Made by a program: the position numbers and the translations under genes. Positions 26,209 through 38,464 of a stretch of DNA of 64,000 nucleotides are shown here, piece by piece. Source of the stretch: Leptogorgia sarmentosa (lineage: Eukaryota); the NCBI GenBank assembly GCA_964658305.1, contig OZ210885.1, positions 24,738,001 to 24,802,000 on the forward strand. The letters run 5' to 3'. The notes beneath the pieces were generated by a model. That model saw only the letters and a list, made by a program, of their open reading frames with translations. It was not told where the DNA came from and did not search any database. Numbering within the stretch: the stretch's first letter is position 1; the number at the start of each line of letters is the position of its first letter.

Positions 26209-28608
26209 TGCTCTCAACATAAATAGTGGAGGATTCAGTTTTGGTTCCTTGTGTACCTTCCGACTTATTTTTCAGTTCCCACAGAGTCATGTTGTTGACT
26301 CGTTTTGCCTCCTATGGCAGGGGTTCTAGGGGCATTCTTCTCGCAAATTGATACATGGTGATGACCACCACACTTCTGGCATTTATATGGAGAGTCACAA
26401 TGTTTTATAATGTGACCTGATCTCAAGCACAAGAAACATTTCCCTTTTCGCCTCAGAATTGCTCTACGGGCTGCTACATCAGTTACGATAGGGCACGATG
26501 CCGATGTATGCTGCTTTGAACAATAACTACAGTACGGTACTGAGGATGGACCCTTTCCCAAGAGCAATGTGGATGAAGAATAGGGCAATTTTCCTGTAAT
26601 GCGTGCTCCTTTACCTTGAAACGGCTTGGGTGAACTACATTCTGGGATTGTATTACATCTCTCTCTGGCTTCAAGTTCCAATTTGAACTTACATAACAGT
26701 TTATCAATGTTCCACTCGTTCTTCTCTAGGTTTCGAGCAACATTGAGACGCATTTCATCAGGAAGCTTACCAACAATGAGTGGTACTAAAAGGCTTCCAT
26801 AGGAGTTGGAATCTATCCCCAGATTCCTAAGACTTCTAATATGGGTTTCAATCGAGTCGTACAATTGACGAATCTTACTGACTTTATGTATATCGCTGAC
26901 AGCTGGTAAATTTAGCAACTCCTCCATATGACTGGATATAATGATCTGGGGGTCAGCAAATCTATCTTTCAGCACTATACATGCTGCTTCATAGTTATCA
27001 GCAGTTAATGCGAAACCATCAATTGCTGAGGCTGCATTGCCTTCAACTAAACTCTTTAGATAATTGAACTTATTGATTTTAGATACACTGTCATTATTGT
27101 GGATCGCAGCTTCAAAACTGTCCCAAAATGGTTGCCATGATTTGGGATCTCCAGAGAATTTTCTCAATGTCAGCTTCGGTAATTTTGCTTTAATAGTTGG
27201 GGTAGAGGTGTTGATGGGATCAGTGCTTCCTACGGATTCTGGACTATCTGACGACGGGCAAGATACACTGTTCACGGGTTTCAAAGCATTGTTTATCTTA
27301 ACACATACAGGGGGTTGCTAAAAAAAAAGAGCCCCCCTATTTAAAAAGGGCTTTTTGTGTAAATGTAGATGCACATGCGGTATGGATAAAATATATTGCC
27401 TCACAAGCATTCAACAAATAGTTCGTGCTAAAAGTGATGGGTTTTAGCCAATCTCACTGTAATCAGTGTGAAACTGTTGCCATCGAGGAAGCAAATGAGA
27501 AGAAAGGGATAAGAAGAAGATAGGTAGAAACCTTCAATATTGGACTCACCCCGTGCTAGACGCGAGTGCTTGGAAAGTAGCAACGAATATAGACTCAGCT
27601 ATTCTTGGGCAAAAAAAGTCGTATGATGGAAAGTGAGAGTGCTGGATGAATGCCAGGTTCTGGAACACCGCACAAGACAAGGATTCACGAAGACAGGCTT
27701 TTAATGAGAGAGGCTGTTAAGAGGTTATCAACTCTCGAATGTTTGCCCAAATATCGCTGACCTCGCACAGCCACTAATAAAGCGCACATATATGTAACCA
27801 AATATCACCATGGACTAAAACGCCGCCTCTGCCAAAAATAAACCGAAAAATTTAATTCAAACAATCTTCAGTCCGATTACTCAATGGAGATAACTTAATA
27901 TGGCAGCATGACAAGGACTCCCAGGAACGATTCGTATTGTGGAATATTGTCTGAGGAATCAATTTTAATTGAAAATTGAAGTGTTCTTTTGCTAACACAA
28001 AGCCCAGACCCCAATCCCATTGAGAATTTGCTGCGGATACGAAATGTTCATCTCGAATTGAGGAGTAGTTATTTGAGGAGTCAGGGTTGGAAGAATAACA
28101 ACCATGAATACGTTCATAAACTTGTCTAGAACATCCTTGGGTGCAGTCCACAGATCATCAAAGGTCGCGGATATCATATTGCTTACCAAATGTTGTGTTC
28201 TTAGAGTGAAATAGGACTATTTCTCTACATCTCATTTGTCGTGCAATCCTTTTTTTACGACATAAGGAATATGACTTATATAAACCTTGTTTATTTCTGT
28301 GTGAGACAAGGGGGCTCTTTTTTTTTGGCAACCCCCTGTATTCGATTAATTGACTCACCAATTTCGCTGGTGTCGATGATCTCTTCGTTGATGTCTTCAT
28401 CTTTCGTTGACTCCAATATCGCTTCGTCAATACTCTTAAGAACTTCTTTCTTATCTTCTAAGGTAACTTTAATACTTTCTAACTGTTCTCTTTCGCTTGC
28501 AGCTCCACTAAAATGCTGAAGGATTCCGTTGGCAGTTTCAATAATTCTGCTCACGTAAGCACGATGCCCGCCACATATTCGAATGGACTTTTCTCTCAAC
28601 ATTTTCAA
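26209..28608 (-). pseudogene. gag: BEL-2 gag (DUF1759-like domain and three zinc knuckles), interrupted
   Basis: KLPKLTLRKFSGD..WQPFWDSF..KFNYL, then CSYC..H..C, CFLC..GH..C and CQKC..HH..IC. The N-terminus (28291-28608) joins in frame as INRI|CVKINNALKP once the insertion at 27308-28338 is removed. Confidence 0.92.
27308..28338. mobile_element. Non-autonomous Tc1/mariner-type element
   Basis: TIR CAGGGGGTTGCYAAAAAAAAAGAGCCCCC at both ends, flanked by a TA duplication. Excision restores the gag frame. Confidence 0.85.
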
Positions 28609-28644
28609 CGTTTATCTTCAAATTCTATCCGGCTCAAAGGACCA

Positions 28645-28839
28645 TGTTGTAAAATGAGATCTTCACTCATAGATTTTTATATACTTTATTAACAACCACA
28701 AGAAAATCACAAGATTTATGCTATAATTATGTTAGAATCTCAAGTCTCAACTCTTCCGATCTGTATCGGTCAACCACGTGTCCTTTTTTTTTTGGTCTCG
28801 CGCGATACCGCGAGACTCCCTCGAACGATAATTTATACA
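28645..28839 (-). repeat. BEL-2 5' LTR
   Basis: Direct repeat of 15360-15553, with PBS at ~28629-28644. Confidence 0.96.
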
Positions 28840-28844
28840 GCTAT

Positions 28845-29171
28845 ACTCAGTTGTGTCAATCGATTTCCCTTGGCCATGGCGCAGAGATGAAGATTGTCAT
28901 AACTAATGGGGTGACAAAGCCCAACTTTTTCGATAATCTCTTGGTGGAGTTCTTCATACGTCTTCTCTTTTTGTGCTGCTACTTGCTGTGGACTTAGGTA
29001 TTCGTCACTGGAAAAGAGCTTGGTGCCATCTGGTTTGTGGGCAAATCTCATGTCACGAGAGACAGCATTTGGATCTTGCTTTTGACCGCTGACTTGACCA
29101 ATGTTGAATTTATCTTCCAAGTACTGTCTCTGAGCGTCACTGAAGCGAGCGGCCTTTTGATTTGCTTTTAA
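28845..29171 (-). pseudogene. Sola3-like transposase, piece 3
   Basis: Reads KANQKAARFSDAQRQYLEDKFNIGQVSGQKQDP..DMRFA..YLSPQQV and joins piece 2 across the TTAA as EGWAL|KANQ. Confidence 0.75.
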
Positions 29172-29742
29172 AGTGCCCATGTCAGAAAATGGGTTTTTGC
29201 ATTTTTGAAATCTATAGCTAAAATAAGTTTATAAGTTCTAAAACAGAATTAAGATTGCGTTTTTAGTTTTAAAGTTATAGCCGTTTCTTAGTAAAATTTG
29301 CATTCTGAAAAATTTGAAAGTTGCGAAAATGAGACTGGGACGAGTTTAGGTGTCCAGGTGATCTCGATACACGGGAAAGGACTGGGACTAGCTGTCAAAT
29401 AGAAATCCATTTTTCGACCGAAACAACTGAATATCTCTCATAATATACTTTATTTCGATTCCATATTTTTGTCAGAGCTATAGTTCTCATAACCAAACAT
29501 AATTACAAAATTTCAAGTAGTTTCGTACAGAATAACGAAAGATATAATCGTGTGAATATAGCAAAATGGATTTCTTTTCGGGCAACCCTTTCTGAGCGCT
29601 GATTGGCTGAAACACGAATACGAGATCATCTGAGTGTGACGTCAAAATAGTAACTCGTCTGACTCGCGATACAGAAAGTACTATTGCGTGTAGTAGCATA
29701 TAGACAGTGATATTGAAAATAAAAGTCACGAAATTTAAAAAA

Positions 29743-29960
29743 ATGCCGAATAGATGTGTTGTCGGAGGATGCTGTAATGTAGCTGATGCCAAACAAGGCA
29801 TTTCACTCCATTTTATACCTTTTGCTGGAGACGAAAGGCCTGAAGCGAAAAGGAGACGCAAACTGTGGGTTGGCTTTGTTCAACTTAAACGAGCAAAGTG
29901 AGAACCCACTTCAGTCTCAAGCATTTGTTCTGGGCATTTTGCAAAAGAAGATTTTACGCA
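29743..29960 (+). pseudogene. THAP domain remnant of the Kolobok-like transposase
   Basis: MPNRCVVGGC..ISLHFIP..W..*EPTSVSSICSGHFAKEDF shows the C2CH THAP signature with an internal stop. Confidence 0.85.
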
Positions 29961-30007
29961 AATCTTTTCTTGCCCTTCCCGTAAATAAATGAGGTTGTCT
30001 ACAGACG

Positions 30008-30135
30008 AACAGTAAACACTGACCCTAACATTGAACACTAACCCGAACAGTAAACACTGACCCTAACATTAAACACTAACCCGAACAGTAAACACTGACC
30101 CTAACATTGAACACTAACCCGAACAGTAAACACTA
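30008..30135. repeat. 38-bp tandem repeat, ~3.4 copies
   Basis: Unit GAACAGTAAACACTGACCCTAACATTRAACACTAACCC. Confidence 0.9.
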
Positions 30136-30812
30136 ATATATATTATTGTAAGCACAAATAACTGTTTGTTTACGCTTATAGTGTACCGTTGGCTTTCGAA
30201 GAAAGCGTATTGTTTTCGCATGTTTAGTGTGCGGTTGGTCTATAAAAACGATATGCATAAGTGAATGCATAATTATTTTCACTTGATTTAATTGTATTAG
30301 GAAACGCATGCTTTTTGAATAATCGCGGGTAAATCACATTTAAGTTGGTATCATCATATCACGAAAAAATAGATGTTGGCAAGGCTTCTTACATTACGTC
30401 AATATTCTCACTTCGTATCATCGTATCACGAAAAAATAGGTACACAAAGTGTACATGTATCTGCGCCTATGTATCAAATTGCATAAGGAATTGAAACTTG
30501 ACGACAGATGATATCGCATTTCATGTTATTGTCTCGGGCACAAACACACACACACACGGACCCGATAGCAATATATCTGCGTCACTGCGTGCGCAGATAC
30601 AAAAATAGGTACACAAAGTGTACATGTATCTGCGCCTATGTATCAAATTGCATAAGGAATTCAAACTTGACGACATATGATATCGCATTTCATGTTATTG
30701 TCTCGGGCTTAATTAATAAACGCACAAACCCGTTTTATTACAAGATACAAACTCTCTGTTTTCCTGGGATTGAATGTTTCAACCATTCTGTATGACGAAG
30801 CGTCAACATATA

Positions 30813-31583
30813 CAGGGTGTATCAAAAAAAAGTTTACTCGCGAAAAATGTCTTTTAGGCCGAAGCGCACGCACCCCATTGCAAACCATTGGTATATCTAA
30901 GTAGTTTGAGCCCTTCGGATACATCCTACACTAAAAGTTTGCAGAAAACGACCATTTTACGACTACGAAAAGTGTTATAAAAAGCCGTAGTAAAAATGGC
31001 TTGCGCGAAAAAATGTGAGGCGAAAAATGCAATTTGATTTGACAGCCTAAATCTATCGAACAAGTTTCATAAGTTATTCAAGTTTTGAGAAATTTGGTGC
31101 ACGCTGAGACGAACGTGCGATGTCCGAAAACTGGATTTTGCGTTCTTTCCTGCGTGATTACCGATTAATTTATGCATAATTGGATATTTGCATTAATTAC
31201 CAATGCAAATTGGAAGCTAATTCCCAAAGGTACGTAATTACGCGAAGAAATTGTGGAAAATCCAGTTTTCGGACATCGCACGTTCGTCTCAGCGTGCACC
31301 AAATTTCTCAAAACTTGAATAACTTATGAAACTTGTTCGATAGATTTAGGCTGTCAAATCAAATTGCATTTTTCGCCTCACATTTTTTCGCGCAAGCCAT
31401 TTTTACTACGGCCTTTTATAACACTTTTCGTAGTCGTAAAATGGTCGTTTTCTGCAAACTTTTAGTGTAGGATGTATCCGAAGGGCTCAAACTACTTAGA
31501 TATACCAATGGTTTGCAATGGGGTGCGTGCGCTTCGGCCTAAAAGACATTTTTCGCGAGTAAACTTTTTTTTGATACACCCTG
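30813..31583. mobile_element. Tc1/mariner-type foldback MITE (~325-bp TIRs, ~115-bp spacer)
   Basis: TA|CAGGGTGTATCAAAAAAAA...TTTTTTTTGATACACCCTG|TA. The arms are almost perfectly complementary. Confidence 0.92.
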
Positions 31584-33319
31584 TAGTAGATATTCCGTGA
31601 TCACAAATTCACAATGACACCGCGGATCCGCGGGCAGTCCAAACATGTACGACACGCTGGAGAATCGTTGGGAAAATATACGCGCAATTTTGTCAAGACA
31701 TGAAATTTCATAATCTTAAATATTCGCTGCGTTCAAGATAATACAATGTATAATTAGCGTCATGATATTTTTTCTTTGATGATCGTAATTCTATAGCAAA
31801 CCTCTTTAATACCTTTAAAAGCAATGCCAATGTATAATTTGCGTCATAAAATTTTTGTGTATAAATATCCTTAGTAAATACTAGTGTTCTAAACTGCGTA
31901 AACGCTTATAAATTAACCTCTATTTCTGTCAAAATACTCGTCGCTGCGGCCATTACATTTTCTTTTTATCTGGCTATTCATGCGAAATAAAATCCATGAT
32001 CAAACACATCACCACTCTTTAGCTCGCGCCTATATCAGTCGCCATTTTGTAATATTTAGCCCGCAAGAACTTGCTTTGCCCTAGTGTCTAACATTTCCAC
32101 ATACACACAAACACACACACAGACACACGGACCCGATAGCAATATATCTGCGGCACTGCGTGCGCAGATACAAAAATATACCTTGCCCAGGAACTTTGAG
32201 CTTGCTCGGATTTTCTATATATTACGTCATTATTCTCACTTCGTATCGTCGTATCATGATAACAAGTCATAGTTTCAAAAGTGGCGGGGTATTCTATAAT
32301 CTAGCCATAGCCTGCTCGCAGACGCATGTAAACACAGGCTAGTGGTTTCATTGCTACGCGGCGGTTTCGTTGCTTCGCCGGCATAACTCGGTATAAAAAT
32401 GGAATCAAATCGTGTGTATAGCGTAATAAAGCACAAGTGAGATGCGTAATTTACTTAATGTGCTATAACACCTGGTACGAATCAATCGCACGCATGCACG
32501 CGCATACTTGTATGCATGCGTATATAGACATTGTATGGTGCACATTGTTTCTACATGCTAATCTATTTACGTGTGCAGTGTAACATAATCAACAGCGAGT
32601 GTCACAAGTCTGAGAAGGACAACAGTAGCGAATTTAAAATACAAACCGCAGCAATTGGTTCATTTGCGCAAGGACCTACGGCATCTTGAGAGCGATCGCT
32701 GCATGACTGCCCTTCACCGATATTTTAATCGGTTGTACTCGGATTTTCGATCTCATATTGGCCCAGGAATATAGTTCCACTCAGGGTCATCACTGTACCA
32801 GCTGTTACTTTCCGTATCTGAACTCGACGGGGCCATTTTATTTAATATATAGCGCTTATGTTGCAACTAGTCCTATGTATTTATATGCCTTCGAGTTAGG
32901 CCTACTGCCAACGAGTTACTATTTTGACGTTATAGTCACCAGTTCCCCACCTTCGCGGTTTTCAAAAACTTTTGCCGTTTCAAAAACTTTTGCCTTTTGA
33001 AAATTTCAAATTTTAATGGCTTATAACTGTCGTAGACTGACGTCATAGCATGTAAGCATGTAAGGTTTATATTTAGAACAGGGAGGGGCTTGTGTTATTA
33101 TTGTCGGGAATCGGGATAAAATAAAAAGGTTGAAATTCGAGTGGGATTTTGGTCATTTTTTCTGGCTGTAAGGATAGCAACGGGGGCAACAAACACATAA
33201 TATTCGACATAACTTTAAAACTAAAAACGCAATCATATTTCTGTTTTAGAACTTATAAACGTATTTTACCTATACATTTCAAAAATGCAAAAATCCATTT
33301 TCTGACATGGACAGTTTAA

Positions 33320-34119
33320 AGCCCATCCTTCAGGAAAAGATGTAGTGGCAGACGTTTTGTTTTGTTGGGCAGATGACGACGAGATCACGCTTTCGCTGCC
33401 ATCGGTCAGTAGAACATGGTACTGTTTCATTGCTGAGTCCAGGAGGGAGTCCCGTTCAGGCATCAATTTACACTGTCCAAATGAAAGGTGTCTTCCGAGA
33501 CTAGAGTGGCGCTGATACATCTTCACACACCCGTCATTTGGACAACCAAGAAGCTCACCGCCTGCATAGGAATTTTCCTGTTATGTCACTTTAGCCTGCT
33601 GGTCTCTCGCTTTGGAAGAACTTTCCTTTGAAACGCTGAAAAAGTTGCCAGTGGAGAAGTTGCTTTGGAATGAGCAAGTTTTCAGGTAGTCTGGAACTGA
33701 AGGGTGGAAAAAAGATAGCCTCTTAGCATTTGGTATAAAAAACCAATGATAAAAAACGTAATGAAAAAGATAGGAGGGACCCTTATCCAAAATAAAAACC
33801 TGCTCGCGACTTACTTTTCGAGGTATTTAGAGAACAAAATATGTATCAAACTGGGGGTATCGGTTGTTCGATCTTGCATGCAATTTCAGTCCTATATTGA
33901 CTACAAGGACAGATTAGTTTGCACTGGATGTCTTCAAATTAGGGTTGAACGGTCTACCTCTCCGGCGGTGGAGGGGTTGCGCACCTGTTAAATCTGTCAC
34001 TCTTCCTTTTTTAGTTTAATATTTCTTTTTTGGTATTTGCGACTTCAGTTACCTTTGATTTCACTTTGTTTAAGGAATTTTCCATTGCCTACTTCAAACG
34101 CCTTCCAGACCGTTACACC
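33320..34119 (-). pseudogene. Sola3-like transposase, piece 2 (two exons)
   Basis: Exon 34119-~34052 reads GVTVWKAFEVGNGKFL. After a GT..AG intron, the exon from ~33697 reads CPNDGCVKMYQRHSSLGRHLSFGQC..FPEGWAL, with one stop. Confidence 0.72.
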
Positions 34120-37100
34120 TGTCGGGAACTGACAGATAAGATAACAAACATTTTTAGATAATTATTGCATGACAGAGTGAGTGACAGTTAGAGAGTGAGG
34201 GTGCGAGTGAAATAGTCACGAAAAGAGAGAAGCGAGTTAGTTGGACCGTGAGAGTGAGTGAGAGAGTGTGGCAACGAACCGTGAGATAGAGAGTATATAG
34301 CCCGTGCGCTATCCGTTCAGTGAGAATCAATTTATAACTTTAGTACATTAATTTCGAAATATAAACATTTAAAAAACCTCACTCTCAGCAAATTGTGATT
34401 TTGTCGAGGACTACGAACTTGGAGGCAATTCTCGACATAGTGGCACCTCCGACGCGACGTTGTGAACTCGCCTAAAAGACCGTGAAAGGGAACTAAGGGA
34501 CCGATATGTCCGTGACAAACGATAAAGACCTAGCAGACCTTGAAACGAAGTTGACGCCGTTGGAACTCGCCGTGGGAAAGTCGACGTCAGTGCTGAGCGC
34601 AGGTAAGCGAGTATCAATTAAGCGACACCTCGAAGCGTTGCAAACGACAGCTAACGAAGCTAACGAGTGTAGGCGTGTAGTTGAGGCCTTCAAAATTGAC
34701 CAAAAGCAAGAGATTTCAGAAATTAATGAATGGAACTTCACTGTAGATGTGAAATTAGATGCCGCTGACGTGGCAATAGAAAACTTACAAAAATTTCTCG
34801 CCGACGCTGAGAAAGCTGAAAGGTTTGAAACGCATGAGGAAGAGTTAAGGCGCGAAATGTCCTTGCATGAGAAGCGACTGAAAATGAAAACTGAATTGTC
34901 CTCGATATCCCATACCAATACGGACGCGCAGGAATTTAGTTCAGAGTCAATGAAGACGGCTAAGTTACCAAAATTAGTTATTTCTCGATTTGGGGGTTCT
35001 TTTACTGATTGGCCAAAATTCTGGGGACATTTCACCGAGGCGGTTGACAAAAGTTCTATAGCGGCCATAACGAAGTTCACCTATCTTCTTGAGTTGCTTG
35101 AACCAAGTGTTAAACGTTTTGTCGAGTCATTGCCGTTCACCCCCGAGGGTTATACCCGAGCCAAAACAATTTTGGAAGCTAAGTATGGGAAAGAATCGGA
35201 GATAGAAAAATGTTTCGTCAAAGAAATTTTGGACTTACCAAACATTTCTGGGTCAGATCCCCATAAAATTAAAGCTTTTTGCGAGACCCAGACCATAAAG
35301 CCGTCCAGTGCGTAAAAGTTACGGACATTAGCGAGCGAAAACGTATTCTAGCAAGAAAGGGCCTTTGTTTCAACTGCGCAGCAAAACAACATCGCGCCGC
35401 AGAATGCACCAGTAAATCTGCCTGCGGCAACTGTCACCTACGTCATCACTCTTCAATTTGTGATCGAAAGAATGAGAACCAGAATGATAAGCATTCCGGA
35501 GATAAGAAGCTGATGACGGATGGTACAAGTGGCGAGGGCATATTTCCTGTGGTCGTGGTTAAAGTAAATGGGATCACTTGTCGGGCGTTGATAGACTCTG
35601 GCGCCGGGAGCTCTTATGCTTCTGCTAATCTGATAAGTACTCTAAAAATAAAGCCCAGCGAAGTTACCCGCCAACAAATCGATATGTTGATGACGTCACG
35701 TACCACCAACATCGAATTTCACGACGTAAAAATTGCCTCGAGCAATGGTAGCAACGAAATGGGCGTGCGTTTGAGCAAGATTGACAAAGGGGAACTTCTC
35801 TTCATCACCAACCCACAATATGGCGACTTGATAAAGCGTTACCAGCACCTAAGGTCCGTGGACATGGTCGATACTGATACGAAGAGTCAATTACCAATAC
35901 ATGTCATCCTCGGCAGTGGTGATTACGCGCGAATTAAGACCCCTACGAAACCTCTTATCGGACAAGACGGTGAGCCGGTTGCAGAGAGGACCAAATTTGG
36001 ATGGACAATCCTTAGTCCTGGGGTCGAACTTGACCGGAAAAAGATGATGCTAACCCAAACATCGCAAGTCGACTTTGATCAGCTTTGTCGTTTAGACGTC
36101 CTTGGGTTGGCCGACAGCGCGGAAAACGATCAGAATTCGGTGTATGCAGAATTCCAGGAGCAGTTAGAGAGAAACCCCAAAGGATGGTACGAGACCGGGT
36201 TGCCGTGGAAACCCAACCACCCGTCACTGCCGACAAACGAGACGGGGAGCCGACAAAGACTAGTCAACCTTGTGAAGCGTCTTAAAGCCAACGATCGTTA
36301 TCATGACTACAACGCAATCATTCAACAGCAACTTAGCGACGGAGTAATCGAAGCAGCACCAGACGAGGCAAAAGGCACTGAATTTTATATTCCGCATAAG
36401 GCAGTCGTGAAGAACTCCGCAGAATCAACGAAACTGCGTATTGTCTACGATGCGTCTGCTAAAGAATCCAGGACTTCACCATCATTAAATGATTGCCTGA
36501 ATCCGGGTCCTAGCCTTCAGAACCATTTATGGGCGATTCTAGTACGTTCGCGCTTCCATCCAATCCTGCTAACCGGAGATCTCGAAAAGGCTTTCCTACA
36601 GGTGCGAATTAGAGAGTCACAACGCGATGCCTTAAGGTTCCATTGGCGTGGACCTGGGGAAGACGAAACGTCAGTCTACCGATTCACGAGAGCGTTGTTC
36701 GGTCTTACCTGTTCTCCCTTTCTGTTGAATGGAGTTCTCGGGGAACACCTCAAGTCGTGGGAGACAAAGCACCCTAGATTGGTGGATGAAATACGTGAGG
36801 GACTTTACGTTGGCCTTATGACGGGGGGAGCGAGAGCAGATGAAGTCGAAGAAAAGAAACAAAGGGCCATTATGATCTTTGAGGACGCTACATTCAACTT
36901 ACATAAATGGCACTCCAATATCGAATCCCTGGAAGCTCCATGTACCAACGGAAATGGCGAGACTACCTTTGCGAAGCAACAACTGGGGAGCCAGTCCGAA
37001 ACCAAACTATTAGGACGGGGTTGGGACAAAAGGAAAGACAGTATAAGCGTTGTGAAAGCAGTTGAAAGACCCACCACCACCAAGAGGAACGCTCTTTCGC

Positions 37101-37847
37101 AACTCGCGAAGTTATACGACCCGCTAGGACTAGTTTCGCCGACGATGTTGATTGGGAAGAGCTTATTCCGTGAGATGTGTGAGTCTCGAATACCGTGGGA
37201 TGTCGAATTCGCCGAGGCTATGGTTCGCAATTGGGAAGACTGGTACCGACAGATACCAGAACGTTACGAAGTGGCCCGCTCGTTGGCCCCATATCAACAA
37301 CCAGTGACTGCTATCACTCTCCATGCCTTTGGTGACGCTAGCAAGACTGGGGTTGCGGCCGCGGTATACGCTGTGGTGGAACAGATTGGTGGAACAACTC
37401 AAGGCCTGGTCTGCGCGAAATCTCGATTGGCCAAACGGAACCTGACAATACCTCGGCTGGAACTCGTCGCTGGTCACATGGCCGTAAACCTGGCTACGAA
37501 CGTCGAGAAAGCGATTGATCGAGATTTGGTGAAGGCGGTCTATTGTTGGTTAGACTCCACCGTCACACTCTATTGGATTCATGGTCAGGGTGACTACCGT
37601 CAGTTTGTCGCAAATCGAGTGACGAAAATCCAGGAGCACAGTAACGTGAAATGGGGCCATGTCCCGACTCACAAGAATCCCGCTGACTTAGGGAGTCGTG
37701 GAGGAAAAGTCGTTGACAATGACCTCTGGGCACGTGGTCCTGAATGGCTCCAAGACTTGTCTCGATGGCCTCCGGAAGTGATCCCGAAAGCATCCTTGGA
37801 AACTAACAAGGAACTAAAAGCCGTGAACTTGGAGGCAATTCTCGACA
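34120..37847 (+). mobile_element. BEL/Pao retrotransposon BEL-3 lacking integrase and most of its 3' LTR
   Basis: 5' LTR 34120-34437 (TGTCGG...CTCGACA) followed by a TGG-starting PBS. Only the last ~23 bp of the LTR recur, at 37825-37847. TSD ACACC lies at 34115-34119 and 37848-37852. Confidence 0.93.
34506..37824 (+). pseudogene. BEL-3 gag-pro-RT-RNaseH
   Basis: KLPKLVISRFGG, zinc knuckles, ALIDSGAG protease, KLRIVYDASA, FGDASK and NPADLGSRG. There is a gag deletion/frameshift near 35290 and the RT YVDD motif is destroyed (YVGL). Confidence 0.93.
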
Positions 37848-37852
37848 ACACC

Positions 37853-38140
37853 CTTATCGGTGTACTCAAAATTGTTGAGAAAACTAATTCCGGGCAGTTT
37901 TACTAGAGGAACTTCCGACTTGATCGTCGTGTCATCTGCGTCAACCAGAGCAACACGAACACCACTTAATCCACCTTCGGATAAGACAGCATCACATAGA
38001 TCTTGGGCACACTGTACATCGTGGCCTTCGTTGACATACTTTATTAATTGAGGCGGCTTTCCTGTCGCACGCCCCTTTGCCCCCTTGAGGATCGCTGAAA
38101 TCAGCCCGACGAATGCTGATTCCAGTTCTCTTCTTCATTT
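37853..38140 (-). pseudogene. Sola3-like transposase, piece 1 (catalytic-region motif)
   Basis: RTGISIRRADFSDPQGGKGACDRKAA..YVNEGHDV..GGLSGV..LPGISFLNNFEYTDK, continuing as GV|TVWKAF across the BEL-3 TSD. Confidence 0.75.
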
Positions 38141-38464
38141 TGTAGCGGTTGTTAAATAATACAGTGTTTTTTATACAGGTATTCGGATCCTGGACTGTGG
38201 TTCAAATAGCTGTGTCCTCATTGAGGTTGTGGATTGATGGGTGACACCATGGAGTTTGATGGGGTTGAATGTTATGGTAGGATGGAAGGTTGTAGTAAAG
38301 TGAATTATATTAGAATGAATTACATTAAAAGGAATTATATTAACCCTTTGTTTACCACATTATGAAATTCTTGGAAATTTTTGAAATCCCTTTAATATAA
38401 TACTAAGAAGAGTCTCAAATGAACAAATATAAGGGTTATTTTGGATTAAAGTGGGTTGCCATCG

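Larger units (their letters stand above)
15360..28839 (-). mobile_element. Full-length BEL/Pao LTR retrotransposon BEL-2 with three internal insertions
   Basis: LTRs at 15360-15553 and 28645-28839 (TG...CA) differ by 3 substitutions and 1 indel. 5-bp TSD GCTAT lies at 15355-15359 and 28840-28844. PBS TGGTCCTTTGAGCCGG is next to the 5' LTR and PPT GGTGGGGAGTA is next to the 3' LTR. Confidence 0.97.
29172..33315 (+). mobile_element. Kolobok-like DNA transposon, internally deleted/composite
   Basis: TTAA on both sides and imperfect ~110-bp TIRs (AGTGCCCATGTCAGAAAATGG / ACTGTCCATGTCAGAAAATGG). A THAP remnant lies near the left end. Excision restores the host frame. Confidence 0.8.
14140..38140 (-). 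mobile_element. Sola3-like DNA transposon acting as scaffold for nested insertions (5' part missing)
   Basis: Transposase pieces at 37853-38140, 33320-34119, 28845-29171 and ~15232-15359 rejoin in frame when the insertions are removed. The end at TTAA|GACGG (14140) is tentative. Superfamily assignment rests on my recollection of the GGKGxCDR motif. Confidence 0.55.

Noticed and set aside
30008..30135. CRISPR-like array (also considered 50250-50380 and 62205-62320)
   Set aside because: Head-to-tail tandem units without unique spacers, no cas genes, and a eukaryotic context.
33730..33992. Possible extra insertion in the Sola3-like intron
   Set aside because: No TIR pair or TSD could be identified.
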